Assembly (NCBI RefSeq): GCF_001457615.1
Contig: NZ_LN831024.1
Span: 30,001 to 62,000, forward strand
Direction: 5' to 3'
DNA: 32,000 nucleotides
Origin: Pseudomonas aeruginosa
GTDB taxonomy: Bacteria; Pseudomonadota; Gammaproteobacteria; Pseudomonadales; Pseudomonadaceae
Part shown: piece by piece, positions 31,288 to 32,000 of the stretch
Numbering within the stretch: position 1 is the first letter of the stretch
How the letters are laid out: each line of letters begins with the position of its first letter
Notes under the pieces: generated by a model
Told to the model about the DNA's origin: nothing
Databases searched by the model: none
Seen by the model: the letters and a program-made list of their open reading frames with translations, nothing else
Program-made: the position numbers and the translations under genes

Positions 31288-31641
31288 ATGAGCAAGACGA
31301 TCACATGGACGGCGGCGCTGCTGGGGAGCATGGCGCTGGCCGGGTGCAGCGGACCGAAGACGCTGTACCAGTGGGAGGGCTACCAGGCCCAGGTCCACGA
31401 ATACTTCAAGGGTGAATCCAAGGAGGCCCAGGCGCAGGCGCTGGAAGCCGACCTCGAGAAGATCCGGGCGAAGAACGGCGCGGTGCCGCCGGGCTACCAC
31501 GCCCAGCTGGGGCTGCTCTATTCCAGCATCGGCAAGGACGACCAGATGGTCCGCGAGTTCGAGACCGAGAAGGCGCTGTTTCCCGAGTCGGCGACCTACA
31601 TGGACTTCCTCCTGAACAACGCCCGTGGAGGTGCCCGTTGA
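31288..31641 (+). CDS. DUF4810-family lipoprotein
   Basis: Lipobox LLGSMALAGC; LYQWEGYQAQVHEYFKGESKEAQAQALEADLEKI...YHAQLGLLYSSIGKDDQMVREFETEKALFPES. Confidence 0.87.
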   Translation: MSKTITWTAALLGSMALAGCSGPKTLYQWEGYQAQVHEYFKGESKEAQAQALEADLEKIRAKNGAVPPGYHAQLGLLYSSIGKDDQMVREFETEKALFPESATYMDFLLNNARGGAR

Positions 31642-32000
31642 AACTCGCCCGACTGTCCGGCCTGGTGGCCGGTTTCACCCTGCTGGCCCTGCTCGGCGGC
31701 TGCGCGCCGACCAAGAGCGTCGATTACTCGGCGTTCAAGCAGGCCAAGCCGCGCTCGATCCTGGTCCTGCCGCCGCTGAACGAGTCGCCCGACGTGAAGG
31801 CGACCTACAGCATGCTCTCGCAGGTCACCTTCCCGCTGGCCGAGGCCGGCTACTACGTGGTGCCGGTGGCGCTGGCCGACGAGACCTTCCGCCAGAACGG
31901 CCTGACCAGCGCCGGCGACGTGCACCAGGTGTCCCCGGCCAAGCTGCGCGAGATCTATGGCGCCGACGCGGCGCTGTACGTCACGGTGAGCGACTACGGC
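31638..32000 (+). CDS. DUF799-family lipoprotein (partial, runs off window)
   Basis: Absent from the ORF track; TTG start overlapping the previous stop (TTGA); reads LKLARLSGLVAGFTLLALLGGCAPTKSVDYSAFKQAKPRSILVLPPLNESPDVKATYSMLSQVTFPLAEAGYYVVPVALADETFRQNG.... Confidence 0.85.
   Translation, partial: MKLARLSGLVAGFTLLALLGGCAPTKSVDYSAFKQAKPRSILVLPPLNESPDVKATYSMLSQVTFPLAEAGYYVVPVALADETFRQNGLTSAGDVHQVSPAKLREIYGADAALYVTVSDYG

Overview
The window matches Pseudomonas aeruginosa chromosome around exoT. Left part (1-10400) is ordinary core genome: a SulP transporter / choline-binding protein / choline sulfatase operon, a LysR regulator, a DOPA-dioxygenase-like ORF, an Hpt protein with a LuxR-type response regulator, trpBA with divergent trpI, a dodecin and a small DUF1161-like secreted protein. 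The centre (10624-22867) is a two-partner secretion / contact-dependent inhibition (CDI) locus: a CdiB/TpsB transporter and a 3480-aa CdiA/TpsA exoprotein with a short C-terminal toxin-like domain, followed by a 4-bp-overlapping candidate immunity gene. The most interesting part is 23182-26330. It is a low-GC strip of remnant toxin/immunity modules: toxin 5' and 3' fragments, two intact-looking orphan immunity ORFs and one truncated one. They are interleaved with one full REP-associated tyrosine transposase (RAYT) element, two ~170-180 bp non-coding derivatives in opposite orientations, and a truncated, frameshifted RAYT copy, all sharing an AAAGGGGACAGATTTATTTTC..CTACTCTAAT end sequence. The right part holds a small lipoprotein, an MgtC/DUF4010-like membrane protein, exoT with an ExsA-like box, and a CsgG-like / DUF4810 / DUF799 lipoprotein operon running off the window. 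I did not find a wholly new class of system. The degenerate CDI cassette array with RAYT/MITE junctions is the best candidate for follow-up.
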